Shown: one piece after another, positions 29,480-39,480 of the stretch
Position numbering within the stretch: the stretch's first letter is position 1
Layout of the letters: the number at the start of each line of letters is the position of its first letter
The notes under the pieces: model-generated
What the model was told of the DNA's origin: nothing
Seen by the model: the letters and a program-made list of their open reading frames with translations, nothing else
The model's database searches: none
Translations under genes and position numbers: made by a program
Source: Nitrospinaceae bacterium
GTDB lineage: Bacteria > Nitrospinota > Nitrospinia > Nitrospinales > Nitrospinaceae
Assembly (NCBI GenBank): GCA_965223665.1
Contig: OZ245011.1
Span: 3,040,001-3,104,000 of the forward strand
Direction of reading: 5' to 3'
Length of the DNA: 64,000 nt

Positions 29480-32400
29480 TTATGGAGATCCCTCCAGTTC
29501 GAGGAGGTAATTACCTGAATCATTACCTCCTATATCTCCAACAACAATCGTGTGCACTCCTGTTTGATTCAAGGTGCAGTTGATTTCGCTTTGAACGCCT
29601 GGACTACTTGAGCCCCCTTGACATAATAAAATATTGTTAGGTTGAAAAACCCTAATCGAAGCGGAAACAGGATTATCAGGATCCATGCGAATGGTAATCT
29701 CATCTCGAAAATTACCGGAAAAGGTATATCCGTCGAGTTCTACTCCGGGGTTGATAGTTCCTGCTACAGAATTCCCATAAGAAATAGAGGTGGGATTCAC
29801 CCAGGGAAGATTCTGTAACATTAAATCAAAATTCCAGGTTTGGTTTCCACCAGCATCTCCTACAAGGATCAGAAATGTTCCCGTCTGATCTAAAGTACAC
29901 ATTAGTTCCGTGATATCATCAAAACAAAGGACTGTTCCGTCATCTCGGTAAACCCGAATATCGGTGGCCACCAGAATTTCAGGGATCGTTCGAACAAATA
30001 TTTTATCCCCCAATGTTCCTGAAAAAGTAAAACCGACTGGTTTAACTGCCGGATTAATGAAGTTTCCTGTAACAATATCGTCGTACGCAATTGGAGTTGC
30101 TCCAATCCATGGTAGCGTTTGCAGAAGAAGTTGGTAATTCCCGGATTCATCGGACCCATTTTCACCGGCAACAATTAAATAAGTTCCTGTTTCATCTAAA
30201 GTACAAACCAAATCCAAAACCACAGGAGGCACATCAGTTCGTGAACTTTTATTGCACAATAAGGTCCCATCTTCTCTATAGACTTGTAAATGAGGATGCA
30301 TTGGGAAATCAGCTGCCATACGAATAAAAATTTGATCCCCTGATGTTCCGGAAAACGTATATCCATCAAGCTCAATAGCCGGATTGATTGAGCCAGCAGC
30401 CGTATCTCCATAAGCAATCGGTGTAGAGTTCGCCCAAGGGTTTAACCTCTGCAGTAAAAGATCATAAAAGCTGGACGCATTTCCCCCTTCTTCTTGGACT
30501 AAGATGGTATGGGTTCCAGTCTGATCCAACGTACACTGCAATTCCTGAGAAACCGGAGGATCATCATCATCTCTAAAAAAGGTTCGCGAACATAATAATA
30601 TTCCATTTTCTCGAAATACTTGTACCAAGACAACAAATGGGCCTGATCCGGTTACTACTCCAACAGCATCCATCCTTATTAAGATTTTATCGCCGGATTG
30701 CCCATTAAATAAATATTGATCCGTTCCACCAATTGGATCAATACTATCCAAAATTACGTCACCATATTTAATCAGCTGTTGAGAGGGTCCACTGGAAAAG
30801 GTGATCTTAAGTTGAGGTTGACCGGAAGCGGCTTCTCGCGAGTTCAGGTCAATGCCGTTGGTGGTGCCACCGGTTCGGATAGCAATCCCATTATTGGGAA
30901 TGGCTCCATCCACCCAATCCTGGACTAAATCAATGCCGTCCTGATTTAAGTCGATGATATTTTCTCCAAATTGAAATGGCGGAATGGTCCCCAGAACTGT
31001 GGTGCCAAAGTTAGAACCCAAATTATTCCAGGTTACTGTTCCTTCATCCCAAGACGCGTTAGTTGAAACAATTTCGTAATTACCGCTACTAACATCGAAT
31101 AGATTTAAAATTACGCTTACAGCTTGTATTTGTGATCCGGCAGGAATGAAACTTAAATCCCAACCGATTACAGAGATTAATTCACCACCCCCATTATCGC
31201 CGTCTGCATTGATAAATATTTCATTTCCAAAATTCGTATTGGGAGTAGTTTCGTCAACATAAGAATCTCTATTTGAAATAAGGGTTTGCATTTGCGTAGG
31301 GGAACCGCCACTATAAGCAAGAGTGAGTTTGGGTCGAGTTCCGGCAATAGCGGCTTCACTGGAGCGAATGTCAATTCCGTTGTTGGTTCCACCGCTTTTA
31401 ATCACGATTCCATTGTTAAAAATCGACCCATCCACCCAGCTCTGTATCAATTGGATACCATCTGTATTCAAGATAATGACATTTTCACCGGATTGACCTG
31501 CCGGAATTGTTCCCAATAAAGTAGTGCCAGTATTGGGAGCAATATCGTTCCAATTGACCGTACTCTCATTCCATGCGACATCTATGGAATAAATTTCATA
31601 GGGACCGGAACTGATATCGAATAACTCAAGGGTGATAAAAGCGGATTGTACAGTGGCACTAGCAGGTACCGCAGAAATATCCCACTGAATAACGGATTGC
31701 AATTCACCGAATGATCCGTTACTCGGATCCTGATCAGTACCATCTGCACTTAAGAATGTTTCATTGCCAAAGTTACTGGTCGGAGACGTTTCACGAATGT
31801 AAGAATCTTCCGTTCCGGAATAACTGGGATCAGGAGACACTCCATTTTGAAAACTTTGCAGGATGACACCGGATGAGGGAGTGTAGTCGATAGTTAGTTT
31901 AGGTCGTGTGACAGCAGTGACCGTTTCACGGCTATTGGCATCAATGCCATTATTAGTGCCGCCGCTTCGAATGACAATACCATTATTGGGAATGCTTCCA
32001 TTTACCCATCCTTGGACTAAGTTGATTCCATCTGCATTTAAAATGACTGCATTTGTCCCAATAGTTCCGGGAGAAATTGTGCCTAAAATAATACTCCCAA
32101 GGTTGGACGCAATATCACTATAAATCACTCCACTCTCAGTCCAAGCTGTGTCCACGGAATAGATTTCATAGGGACCAGAGCTGGTATCAAACAGGTCCAG
32201 GGTGATAGTTGCAGATTGCACTGTTGCACCGGAAGGTATTGCTGAAATATCCCATTGGATCACAGAGACGACTTCACCAAATAGCCCATTGCTCGGATCT
32301 TGGTCTACCCCATCAGCGCTCAAAAAAGTTTCGCTACCAAAGTTATTGGCGGGGGAGGTTTGTCGAAGAAAAGAATCCTGAGTTCCTGAGTAACTGCCAT

Positions 32401-32503
32401 TTGGTAAAGCTCCATCCTGAAATTCCAAAGTGGTTTGAGCGAAACTTAATGAGTTTAAAAAAATAGAAAACAAAAAAAAGGATGCAGAAAGAATTTTCTT
32501 CAC
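29480..32503 (-). CDS. Large secreted repeat protein: 3 DNRLRE/CBM96-like domains + 4 PPC-like domains
   Basis: Signal peptide; three repeats of DS(Y/F)..P..NFG.E...WD(I/L)S.(I/V)P...V..W.DG..PNNGI...SRE...PKL; four repeats of I.YGD...F.G..GD.I.IR...LC...CTL.QTG. Confidence 0.82.
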   Translation of the reverse strand: MKKILSASFFLFSIFLNSLSFAQTTLEFQDGALPNGSYSGTQDSFLRQTSPANNFGSETFLSADGVDQDPSNGLFGEVVSVIQWDISAIPSGATVQSATITLDLFDTSSGPYEIYSVDTAWTESGVIYSDIASNLGSIILGTISPGTIGTNAVILNADGINLVQGWVNGSIPNNGIVIRSGGTNNGIDANSRETVTAVTRPKLTIDYTPSSGVILQSFQNGVSPDPSYSGTEDSYIRETSPTSNFGNETFLSADGTDQDPSNGSFGELQSVIQWDISAVPASATVQSAFITLELFDISSGPYEIYSIDVAWNESTVNWNDIAPNTGTTLLGTIPAGQSGENVIILNTDGIQLIQSWVDGSIFNNGIVIKSGGTNNGIDIRSSEAAIAGTRPKLTLAYSGGSPTQMQTLISNRDSYVDETTPNTNFGNEIFINADGDNGGGELISVIGWDLSFIPAGSQIQAVSVILNLFDVSSGNYEIVSTNASWDEGTVTWNNLGSNFGTTVLGTIPPFQFGENIIDLNQDGIDLVQDWVDGAIPNNGIAIRTGGTTNGIDLNSREAASGQPQLKITFSSGPSQQLIKYGDVILDSIDPIGGTDQYLFNGQSGDKILIRMDAVGVVTGSGPFVVLVQVFRENGILLCSRTFFRDDDDPPVSQELQCTLDQTGTHTILVQEEGGNASSFYDLLLQRLNPWANSTPIAYGDTAAGSINPAIELDGYTFSGTSGDQIFIRMAADFPMHPHLQVYREDGTLLCNKSSRTDVPPVVLDLVCTLDETGTYLIVAGENGSDESGNYQLLLQTLPWIGATPIAYDDIVTGNFINPAVKPVGFTFSGTLGDKIFVRTIPEILVATDIRVYRDDGTVLCFDDITELMCTLDQTGTFLILVGDAGGNQTWNFDLMLQNLPWVNPTSISYGNSVAGTINPGVELDGYTFSGNFRDEITIRMDPDNPVSASIRVFQPNNILLCQGGSSSPGVQSEINCTLNQTGVHTIVVGDIGGNDSGNYLLELEGSP

Positions 32504-32588
32504 GAAACCCCCTTTTGGGTGAAATATTTTGCGTGGAGAATAGAATATTTAACCAACATTTGGAATAATAAATACCCCATATGGGCTA

Positions 32589-32616
32589 AAAATAGCAAAA
32601 TAGACTTTTATGTCAA
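32589..32616 (-). promoter_or_regulatory. Candidate sigma70 promoter of the DNRLRE gene
   Basis: Minus strand TTGACA-16 nt-TATTTT with TGn extension. Confidence 0.45.
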
Positions 32617-32889
32617 GTAATTTTGTGTAAAAAATATTTCCTAAAAGTTGATGGAAAAGGGTTTATTATCCAAACTTTTTCCAAATAAAATTTTAAAGTT
32701 TTTATTTATATGGAGTTAGGGATATGAAAGCCCTTTATACGAAACTATCTAATGAAAATTTTTTTTAAAAAAATTAGAATAATTTTCTAGGTCTCAATCA
32801 TTCGAGAACAAGATGTAAAACGAGAAATTTCTTCAAATAGGTAAGCGTAGCTTGTTCAGGAAAAAACTTAGAATAGAAAGGGAGGATTG

Positions 32890-34347
32890 TTAGCGGAAAA
32901 AATTTTCGCGATCAAAGGGTTGTTGTAAATCCATTTTTTGCAGGTATGCTTGAATTTCTTTTTTATAGGAAACAAAAGGATCGAGCATCAAAAATGGTTC
33001 TTCTTTATTGAGTCTGAAACCAATCCAATCAATTAAGTAACCTGTTTGACTTTGGAGTAAAGTTCTCACTAGTTCTCCACGTCCGTCGGCACGGGTTCCC
33101 TTGGGAGGAGTCGATTTGGAATAGTTAATTGCTGCATCTGTAGTAAGACGAAATGAATCTCCATTTTCTTCTAATCCCCAGTAGAGGCCTTGTGATTTAT
33201 TCAGGTTATGAAATTCTAGATCTAAACTTCTAATCCATGGATCCTTCCAGGATAAGTTTTCGTCTTTCATAAATTCCGAAAGCATCCAGTATTTACTAGC
33301 CCAATCCACTCGTCCTAACAATGCTTCGGGTCCTTTCGGAAGGTCGGTAAGGACAGATTCCCAAGCCTCTAATACCCAATTAATGTCACGGGATTTTCCT
33401 GTTAGATGTTCTTTCGCAGTATTTAATATATCCCATTGCAAGTCAAGAGCTGTTCCTGTATTCCCATCTCGAAATTCAACATTCCATTTAAAACTTTGAT
33501 CTCTGGAAATATCTCTCATAGTGGATACTGAATCGAGTAATATCCAATCGGGATTGGCAACACCCAATTCAATCAATTCCATCATCACTGCAGTGGATCC
33601 CATTTTTAATGCGTTTGCAAATTCACTCATATTGGAATCCCCTACCAGCAAATGTATGCGACGATATTTGCTTGGGTCTGATAACGGTTCATCCCGTGTA
33701 TTTACAATAGCCCGATTGTACTGAACCCATCGATAAAATTCATTTGGAATATGATCCGCGCGTTGAGAGATTTGGAAATTGACTTCTTCAGCATCCTTTC
33801 GAGCCTGATGGATATCGTCCCAATCTCTAAAAGGTTGAGGATTACAAGCTCCGGTTCTTCCGGCTCCTGCATATATTTGCCGAGTGACCAAAAACGCTGC
33901 AAGTAATCTTAAGTTTTCCCGGTTATCGAATTGAAATGCTCGGCTAACTAAATAATTTTCATGGCAGCCAAATGTGGCATTAGTTTCCAGGTCGACATTA
34001 TTTTTGATAAAAGCTACTTGATCCGCCCAACCTAATTCTTCTAATGCACATTGAATGATTTCATCACCTGCACGGTCTAAGGTCACTAAGTCCACCAGGT
34101 TAGAACATTCGGGGGAGGCGTATTCTAAATGTCCCATATCAAGATAAATCCGACCCCCATTTGCAAGAAACCCTCCATTACCAGGTGGTTCATCATTTGC
34201 ACGATAATGAAGATCAAGAACTCCTTGTTTTTGATCAAATATGTGGTTCTTTACCCGGACGGCTACATCTATTGCGCCATATTTAAAATCGTCTTCTTTA
34301 ATAAGAAGACCGTATTCCGTTTCAATTCCGTATATTCGTTTATCCAT
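32890..34347 (-). CDS. pafA: PafA-family UBact/Pup ligase
   Basis: RIYGIETEYG, NGGRIYLDMGHLEYASPEC, KNNVD, GCHENY, ISQRAD, NTRDEP, RRIHLLVGDSNMSE. Confidence 0.9.
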   Translation of the reverse strand: MDKRIYGIETEYGLLIKEDDFKYGAIDVAVRVKNHIFDQKQGVLDLHYRANDEPPGNGGFLANGGRIYLDMGHLEYASPECSNLVDLVTLDRAGDEIIQCALEELGWADQVAFIKNNVDLETNATFGCHENYLVSRAFQFDNRENLRLLAAFLVTRQIYAGAGRTGACNPQPFRDWDDIHQARKDAEEVNFQISQRADHIPNEFYRWVQYNRAIVNTRDEPLSDPSKYRRIHLLVGDSNMSEFANALKMGSTAVMMELIELGVANPDWILLDSVSTMRDISRDQSFKWNVEFRDGNTGTALDLQWDILNTAKEHLTGKSRDINWVLEAWESVLTDLPKGPEALLGRVDWASKYWMLSEFMKDENLSWKDPWIRSLDLEFHNLNKSQGLYWGLEENGDSFRLTTDAAINYSKSTPPKGTRADGRGELVRTLLQSQTGYLIDWIGFRLNKEEPFLMLDPFVSYKKEIQAYLQKMDLQQPFDRENFFR

Positions 34348-34356
34348 TTTAAAAAA

Positions 34357-35109
34357 CTAAAAAGCGGTTTTTAATTCATCGATTTCATTAGATGTAAGGG
34401 CTCGGTACAATGTTTTTCGTTGTGAACTGTAATTTAGGATTGCACCTTCAAATTCCCATTGTTTAAAAGCTTCTTTCAGAGTCGAGGGCAATTGGTCTTT
34501 ATCATCCTCTTCGTCTTCACTACTTTTGTTTTGTTGTTTTCCCTTTTCCCACAAAACGCATCCTTCTTGCAAGGCTTTTTTAAGAGAAAAAGAAGTAAAG
34601 TCCATTTCATTTATTTTCTCTTGAATAACTTTTGTCTCCGTTTCAATTCCGGAAATCACAGAACCTTTATGAAATGTCTCCCAGTGCCCATCATAATTGA
34701 GCCGAATAAATTGCGGTTTATTTTGAAAGTCAATTTCTACCAGTAGTAATTTCACCAAATAGGGAGCCCGCATCACTTCTTCAAAGTTTTGTTTCAAAGC
34801 TGGGGCAATTCCAAACTGTAAAAGACGAGTTAAAGTAACGTCTTTTTCTGATCTATTAAAACCTTCCAAGTGGGCTAAGTCCAATAAATTCATTCTTAAT
34901 CGTTCCACATCTGCAGGATGACCCATGCCACCTAAGGCAATACGATCATAAATTTCAAAGACTTTTCCTGGTTGGGGTGTGAATCCGAATATGACGGCGC
35001 CTTCATTAAAGGGAACAGCAATAACAGGCTGTCCTTTTGCTAGTTTTTCTTGAACATAACTATGACGGGTGGAAATTGCTTCCATCCAGCGGAATGGTTC
35101 TTCAAACAT
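34357..35109 (-). CDS. prcA: 20S proteasome alpha subunit
   Basis: KVFEIYDRIALGGMG; position between prcB and pafA. Confidence 0.85.
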   Translation of the reverse strand: MFEEPFRWMEAISTRHSYVQEKLAKGQPVIAVPFNEGAVIFGFTPQPGKVFEIYDRIALGGMGHPADVERLRMNLLDLAHLEGFNRSEKDVTLTRLLQFGIAPALKQNFEEVMRAPYLVKLLLVEIDFQNKPQFIRLNYDGHWETFHKGSVISGIETETKVIQEKINEMDFTSFSLKKALQEGCVLWEKGKQQNKSSEDEEDDKDQLPSTLKEAFKQWEFEGAILNYSSQRKTLYRALTSNEIDELKTAF

Positions 35110-35110
35110 A

Positions 35111-35911
35111 TCAATTCCTTTGTACGGACTCGCGGTATAGATCTTCTAATTCAGTTTCAGTAAGAAATCGATATCCTTGGTCGGTAATACTGGCAATGAT
35201 GGGAAATATTTTTTCCTCAGGGCGAGCTTTTCCGGTTGCGGTATCGAATTGGGCTGCTGTTTGTAATAATCGAATAGCTAACTTGCAAGCATCAGGAAAT
35301 TCTCTTTCACTTAATTCCTTTTTCCCCCACAAGTTCTCGTGTTCCATGATTCCACGAATGATGGGGGAACCCGATCCGGTTGCAGTGTGAGTTTTTATTT
35401 CGAACTGTGCTCCTAAAATATCATAAAAGTAAATAAAAGGTTTTTGGGTTGCAATGTCAAATGCGGCAAAGATAGGACTCACCGTACCCACTCCTTGGAT
35501 AGCCAATCCCATGTTCTCCTTCAATAGTTTTGAAAGAGCGCGAATTTTTCCTTCAGTGCTCAAAGGTTGGAGCTGAGATCTGCGATAATATTCAAAATTA
35601 TGGGAAAGGACACGAGCCATTTCAAACGCAGTTGCCGGAACCCCGGCAATAGCCATTAATGAATAATCATCTATGGGAATTACCTTATCGCAATATTCGT
35701 ACATAATTGCATTGCCGGCAGTGGCACGTCGGTCTCCTGCAATTAAAACACCACCTTTAAAGTGAAATGCTAAAACGGTAGTTCCATGGATTAATTCAGA
35801 CTTATTTAATCCATTGGAATGGTCTACAAGGTTTGGCCATTGGTAACCTGATTTTTGCAGCAGGTCGATAAAATCTCCTGGACCGTAGTTTTCAAATGAA
35901 GGTTGGTTCAT
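35111..35911 (-). CDS. prcB: 20S proteasome beta subunit with 43-aa propeptide
   Basis: HG|TTVLA autocleavage site, AGDRRATAGN, ATGSGS, DTATG. Confidence 0.93.
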   Translation of the reverse strand: MNQPSFENYGPGDFIDLLQKSGYQWPNLVDHSNGLNKSELIHGTTVLAFHFKGGVLIAGDRRATAGNAIMYEYCDKVIPIDDYSLMAIAGVPATAFEMARVLSHNFEYYRRSQLQPLSTEGKIRALSKLLKENMGLAIQGVGTVSPIFAAFDIATQKPFIYFYDILGAQFEIKTHTATGSGSPIIRGIMEHENLWGKKELSEREFPDACKLAIRLLQTAAQFDTATGKARPEEKIFPIIASITDQGYRFLTETELEDLYRESVQRN

Positions 35912-36084
35912 TGCCCGGTTCGTTGTTTATATTTTTCAGATTGTTTGGGATCCACGCGCTTCATTCGTTTTAAAATATTATCTTTTCCAGGGCGGGATAC
36001 ATCCGGCCGACTGGGTCCACTATCTTTTCGGTCAGGGGTCGAATCTTTTTTTTCCTCCCGCCGCATCGGATCATTCATTTCCAT
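35908..36084 (-). CDS. ubact: Ubiquitin-like protein UBact (58 aa; not in the ORF track)
   Basis: Hand translation MEMNDPMRREEKKDSTPDRKDSGPSRPDVSRPGKDNILKRMKRVDPKQSEKYKQRTGQ; AAGGAG RBS; TGA overlaps the prcB ATG; R[ST]G[EQ] terminus typical of UBact. Confidence 0.95.
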   Translation of the reverse strand: MEMNDPMRREEKKDSTPDRKDSGPSRPDVSRPGKDNILKRMKRVDPKQSEKYKQRTGQ

Positions 36085-37568
36085 GCGTATTGCTCCTTAT
36101 AAGAATCAAGGGTTTGATCAACATCTTTTTTTTCGATTACATCTGTTAAATCTAAATATTCACCGTTTAAAAATTCAATTTTGGTCCAATGGATTGATTG
36201 TACATTTTCTTTATCATTTTTTACAAAGTTTCCCCGAATTTTAGCTCGTGTGTTATTCGGAGGCTCTTGAATTGCTTTTTGAACTTCAGACTCTGGGATT
36301 AAGGATAGAATTTCATTTTGCTGCATCAAGCCGTAAAACAGGCCTCGTTCTGGATCTAAATTATGGTATTCCAAATCCAGACTTTGCATAATAGGATCTT
36401 CCCAGTTAACTCCCTCCGATTCCATAAAATCATTAAATATATTTCGCTTTATGGCCCAATCAATCCTGTTTGATAAGCGATCAGGATCTTCCTTTAAATC
36501 ATTTAAAGTCCTTGCCCATTCATCAGTGACCCATTTCCATTCTTCTGCATTTTCAAATAAACTTTTATGTTTAATAGCTTGTTCTAAATATGACTCCTGA
36601 ATTTCCAACGGTGTGATTGTGCCTCCTGTGATTTTCTTTAATGGAATGCTTCCTGAAATATCCCTTGAAACTTGTTTTACATCCCAAACCGGATCTTCCA
36701 ATTCTACAGGGGGAGGCAGTACCTCAGCTCCAATCATAGCTAATACTAAACGAGTTGTTCCTATTTTTAATGCGGTCGCGTAAGGGGACATATTGGCATC
36801 CCCCAGGATTAAATGCAAGCGTCTATATTTTTCCTGATTTGAATGTGGTTCGTCTCTTGTATTGATGATTGGCCGTTTAGTCATGGTTTCAATACTGAGA
36901 ATGGTTTCAACAAAATCTGCTCTTTGAGACAATTGAAATCCCTGGGATAAAGATTCTCCTGGAATTTCAGATCCTACTTTACCTGCTCCGGCAAATAATT
37001 GACGAGTGACTAAGAATGGAACTAAAAATTGAACCCAGTAATCAAATGGCTGTCTACGTGAAATTAAATAATTATCATGAGTCCCATAACTATGACCACT
37101 ATAGTCAGTATTATTCTTAAATACTTGTAGGTAATTACCCCCCAAATCTCTATTTCGTAATCGCACACATTCTGCAATAATCCGCTCACCTGCAAGGTCG
37201 TGTGTCACTAACTCAAAAACAGATTGGCATTCAGGGGTACTGTATTCGGGGTGGGTATGATCATTGTAAAATCGAGCTCCATTTGTTAATACTCTGTCAC
37301 ATTTCATTTCTCGATATGTATAAGGACGAATTTTATCCTGCTCACAAAACTCTTCCTCTTCCTCGTCTTGTGCCAATCGAGAAACTTGAAAACCGCGCAT
37401 ATCTGTATGGGTTCGCTCTTTATCATATGCCCAAGAATCTTGAACACTTTTTAATTCACAGCGACGTAAAAGTTCCATAGATTCTTCAACGGGATCCGAA
37501 GAATCTTGATCTTCCCTGATAATTCCAAACTCAGTTTCTATTCCCATTAAGGGAACAATTTTACTCAT
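36075..37568 (-). CDS. dop: Dop-family deamidase/depupylase
   Basis: MGIETEFG, LTNGARFYNDHTHPEYSTPEC (Dop-type), KNNTD..GHSYGTHDNY, RRLHLILGDANMS. Confidence 0.9.
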   Translation of the reverse strand: MSKIVPLMGIETEFGIIREDQDSSDPVEESMELLRRCELKSVQDSWAYDKERTHTDMRGFQVSRLAQDEEEEEFCEQDKIRPYTYREMKCDRVLTNGARFYNDHTHPEYSTPECQSVFELVTHDLAGERIIAECVRLRNRDLGGNYLQVFKNNTDYSGHSYGTHDNYLISRRQPFDYWVQFLVPFLVTRQLFAGAGKVGSEIPGESLSQGFQLSQRADFVETILSIETMTKRPIINTRDEPHSNQEKYRRLHLILGDANMSPYATALKIGTTRLVLAMIGAEVLPPPVELEDPVWDVKQVSRDISGSIPLKKITGGTITPLEIQESYLEQAIKHKSLFENAEEWKWVTDEWARTLNDLKEDPDRLSNRIDWAIKRNIFNDFMESEGVNWEDPIMQSLDLEYHNLDPERGLFYGLMQQNEILSLIPESEVQKAIQEPPNNTRAKIRGNFVKNDKENVQSIHWTKIEFLNGEYLDLTDVIEKKDVDQTLDSYKEQYAWK

Positions 37569-39184
37569 ATAATCGACCGATTGATGGTATGAGAAGCAGC
37601 TTGATCTGAATCATTTGGACGACGTAATCTAGCAACATTTTTAGGATCAAAGTCCAATAATTGGAGCCAATCTTCCATATTTGAATCTGTAGGAAGGACA
37701 CTATTTTCCTTAAACTCTACTTTCAGAGCATTCATTAAATCATCTACCTTTAAAATTAGAGGTTCGCCTTTGATTGCCCTTTCAATGGCGATTTCTTTGG
37801 CTCGCAATACAATGCCCTCTAAAATAGCTCCGGATATAAAATCTTTCCAAAATAGTTTTTTAAGCTCTCCGCTGCGCATAGTCAAAATGACTGCTTCCTG
37901 TTCAGGATTTCGAGAAAATAATTGGTCGAGGAAGGGTTGAATAAATTCTTGTATATCTTCTTTTTCAAAGGGAAGACTTTCTTTAAGGTAAACTTTAAGA
38001 ATCGATTCACAATCTTCTCTATTAGGGCGGCTTACTTTAATTTTGCGGTCGATTCTGCCCGGTCGCAGAATTGCAGGATCAATTAGGTCAGGCCTGTTGG
38101 TTGCTAATATCACAACAGTATCTTGTATGGACTCAATTCCATCCATTTCAGCACAAAACATTGGAACTAGCGTATTTGAAATATTATTTCCGCGCCAGGC
38201 CTGCCGGGTACCTAAGACGGACTCCGCCTCATCAATAAAAATAAAGGGCATGTGGCCTTTTTCTTTATAATCTTTAGCTCGTTTAAAAATTTCTCTAACT
38301 TTACGTTCGGATTCTCCCAACCACATATTGAGAATTTCCGGACCCTTGACATGAATAAATTGCCCTTGTAAATCGCTATGTTTCCCCCCTTTTTCTTTAA
38401 GTTTGGCAATAATATCTGAAAGTATGGCTTTCCCTATCAAAGTTTTGCCACAACCTGGGGGTCCATAAAATAAGAATCCCTTGGGCATCCGGTATTCCAT
38501 TTTGTCGAGAATTTCTTGGTGAAGGATAGGATATTCAATAACCTTGCGGACTTCTTCAATGACATTGTCCTGACCTCCAACGCGGTCCCAAGTGATAGGA
38601 TTGAACTCATCCTCAACAGCAGACTTAGACTGTCTTTTGGGTAATCGCTTAAGAATGACTTTTTGGGTAGGATCAAGGATAACCTCATCTCCCTCCCGCA
38701 TGGGATCTTCTTTAAGCTCATCACATACCTGAACCATTGACTCAGAATTACTACCTGCAGAAACTAACCATTGACCATCGGCTAGTCGACAAACTATTTT
38801 TGCAAGGGGGCCTTGATCAGGACGCGGCAGTTTAGCAATGGCAACAAACCCTTCATTTACTGCAACTTGATCTCCTACCTTTAAAGGCTCATTTTCTATA
38901 ATTTCAGGAGAAACTGCTGCTTGATACTCGGTTCCTGCTACATTCAACCGAATTAAATCATCTTCTCCAGGGCCTAAAACCGTTCCGATCCGATGAGCGG
39001 GTAATTTTAGCTTACGGATCGTTTCTTCAAGGGTTTTCATTTTTAGGGCATACTGCTGTGCGGCCTGTTGGGATTGAAGCAGGGCATCCCTTATATCAAA
39101 AATTTTTTCTTGGAGTTCAGGTTTGTCAGACGTTTCATCTAATATCTGATCTATTAATTCTATAATATGGGTCGGATCTCCCAT
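37565..39184 (-). CDS. arc: Proteasomal AAA+ ATPase (ARC/Mpa family)
   Basis: N-terminal coiled coil and OB-like domains; GPPGCGKT, KGPEILNMWLGESE, FIDEAE, DPAILRPGRID, DFISGA. Confidence 0.92.
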   Translation of the reverse strand: MGDPTHIIELIDQILDETSDKPELQEKIFDIRDALLQSQQAAQQYALKMKTLEETIRKLKLPAHRIGTVLGPGEDDLIRLNVAGTEYQAAVSPEIIENEPLKVGDQVAVNEGFVAIAKLPRPDQGPLAKIVCRLADGQWLVSAGSNSESMVQVCDELKEDPMREGDEVILDPTQKVILKRLPKRQSKSAVEDEFNPITWDRVGGQDNVIEEVRKVIEYPILHQEILDKMEYRMPKGFLFYGPPGCGKTLIGKAILSDIIAKLKEKGGKHSDLQGQFIHVKGPEILNMWLGESERKVREIFKRAKDYKEKGHMPFIFIDEAESVLGTRQAWRGNNISNTLVPMFCAEMDGIESIQDTVVILATNRPDLIDPAILRPGRIDRKIKVSRPNREDCESILKVYLKESLPFEKEDIQEFIQPFLDQLFSRNPEQEAVILTMRSGELKKLFWKDFISGAILEGIVLRAKEIAIERAIKGEPLILKVDDLMNALKVEFKENSVLPTDSNMEDWLQLLDFDPKNVARLRRPNDSDQAASHTINRSII

Positions 39185-39480
39185 AATGAATCCTTTTTTA
39201 GTGGATAATTATCAATTGTATGATTAATTTTTCGAATAAATCAAGTGGTTTCCCCATCGATTTATTGGCCGTAAACTCCCAAATTTTGGGATATTTCAAA
39301 ATTTATTAGGTTTAACCTTTTGTTCATAAGGGTTTGTAATGTTAGGATATATTATTCTACTCCGTCAAATATTTGGTGGCGGTTTGGTTAATTTTTCCGG
39401 ACAATTCTGTTCGTTTTTGCTACCAAATTAGGATACCAAAGTTTTGGCTAATCTGTGAATAATACCTAGAGAAAATATAA

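Noticed and set aside
35903-36244. 113-aa plus-strand ORF
   Set aside because: Antisense to ubact and dop, which explain the region fully.
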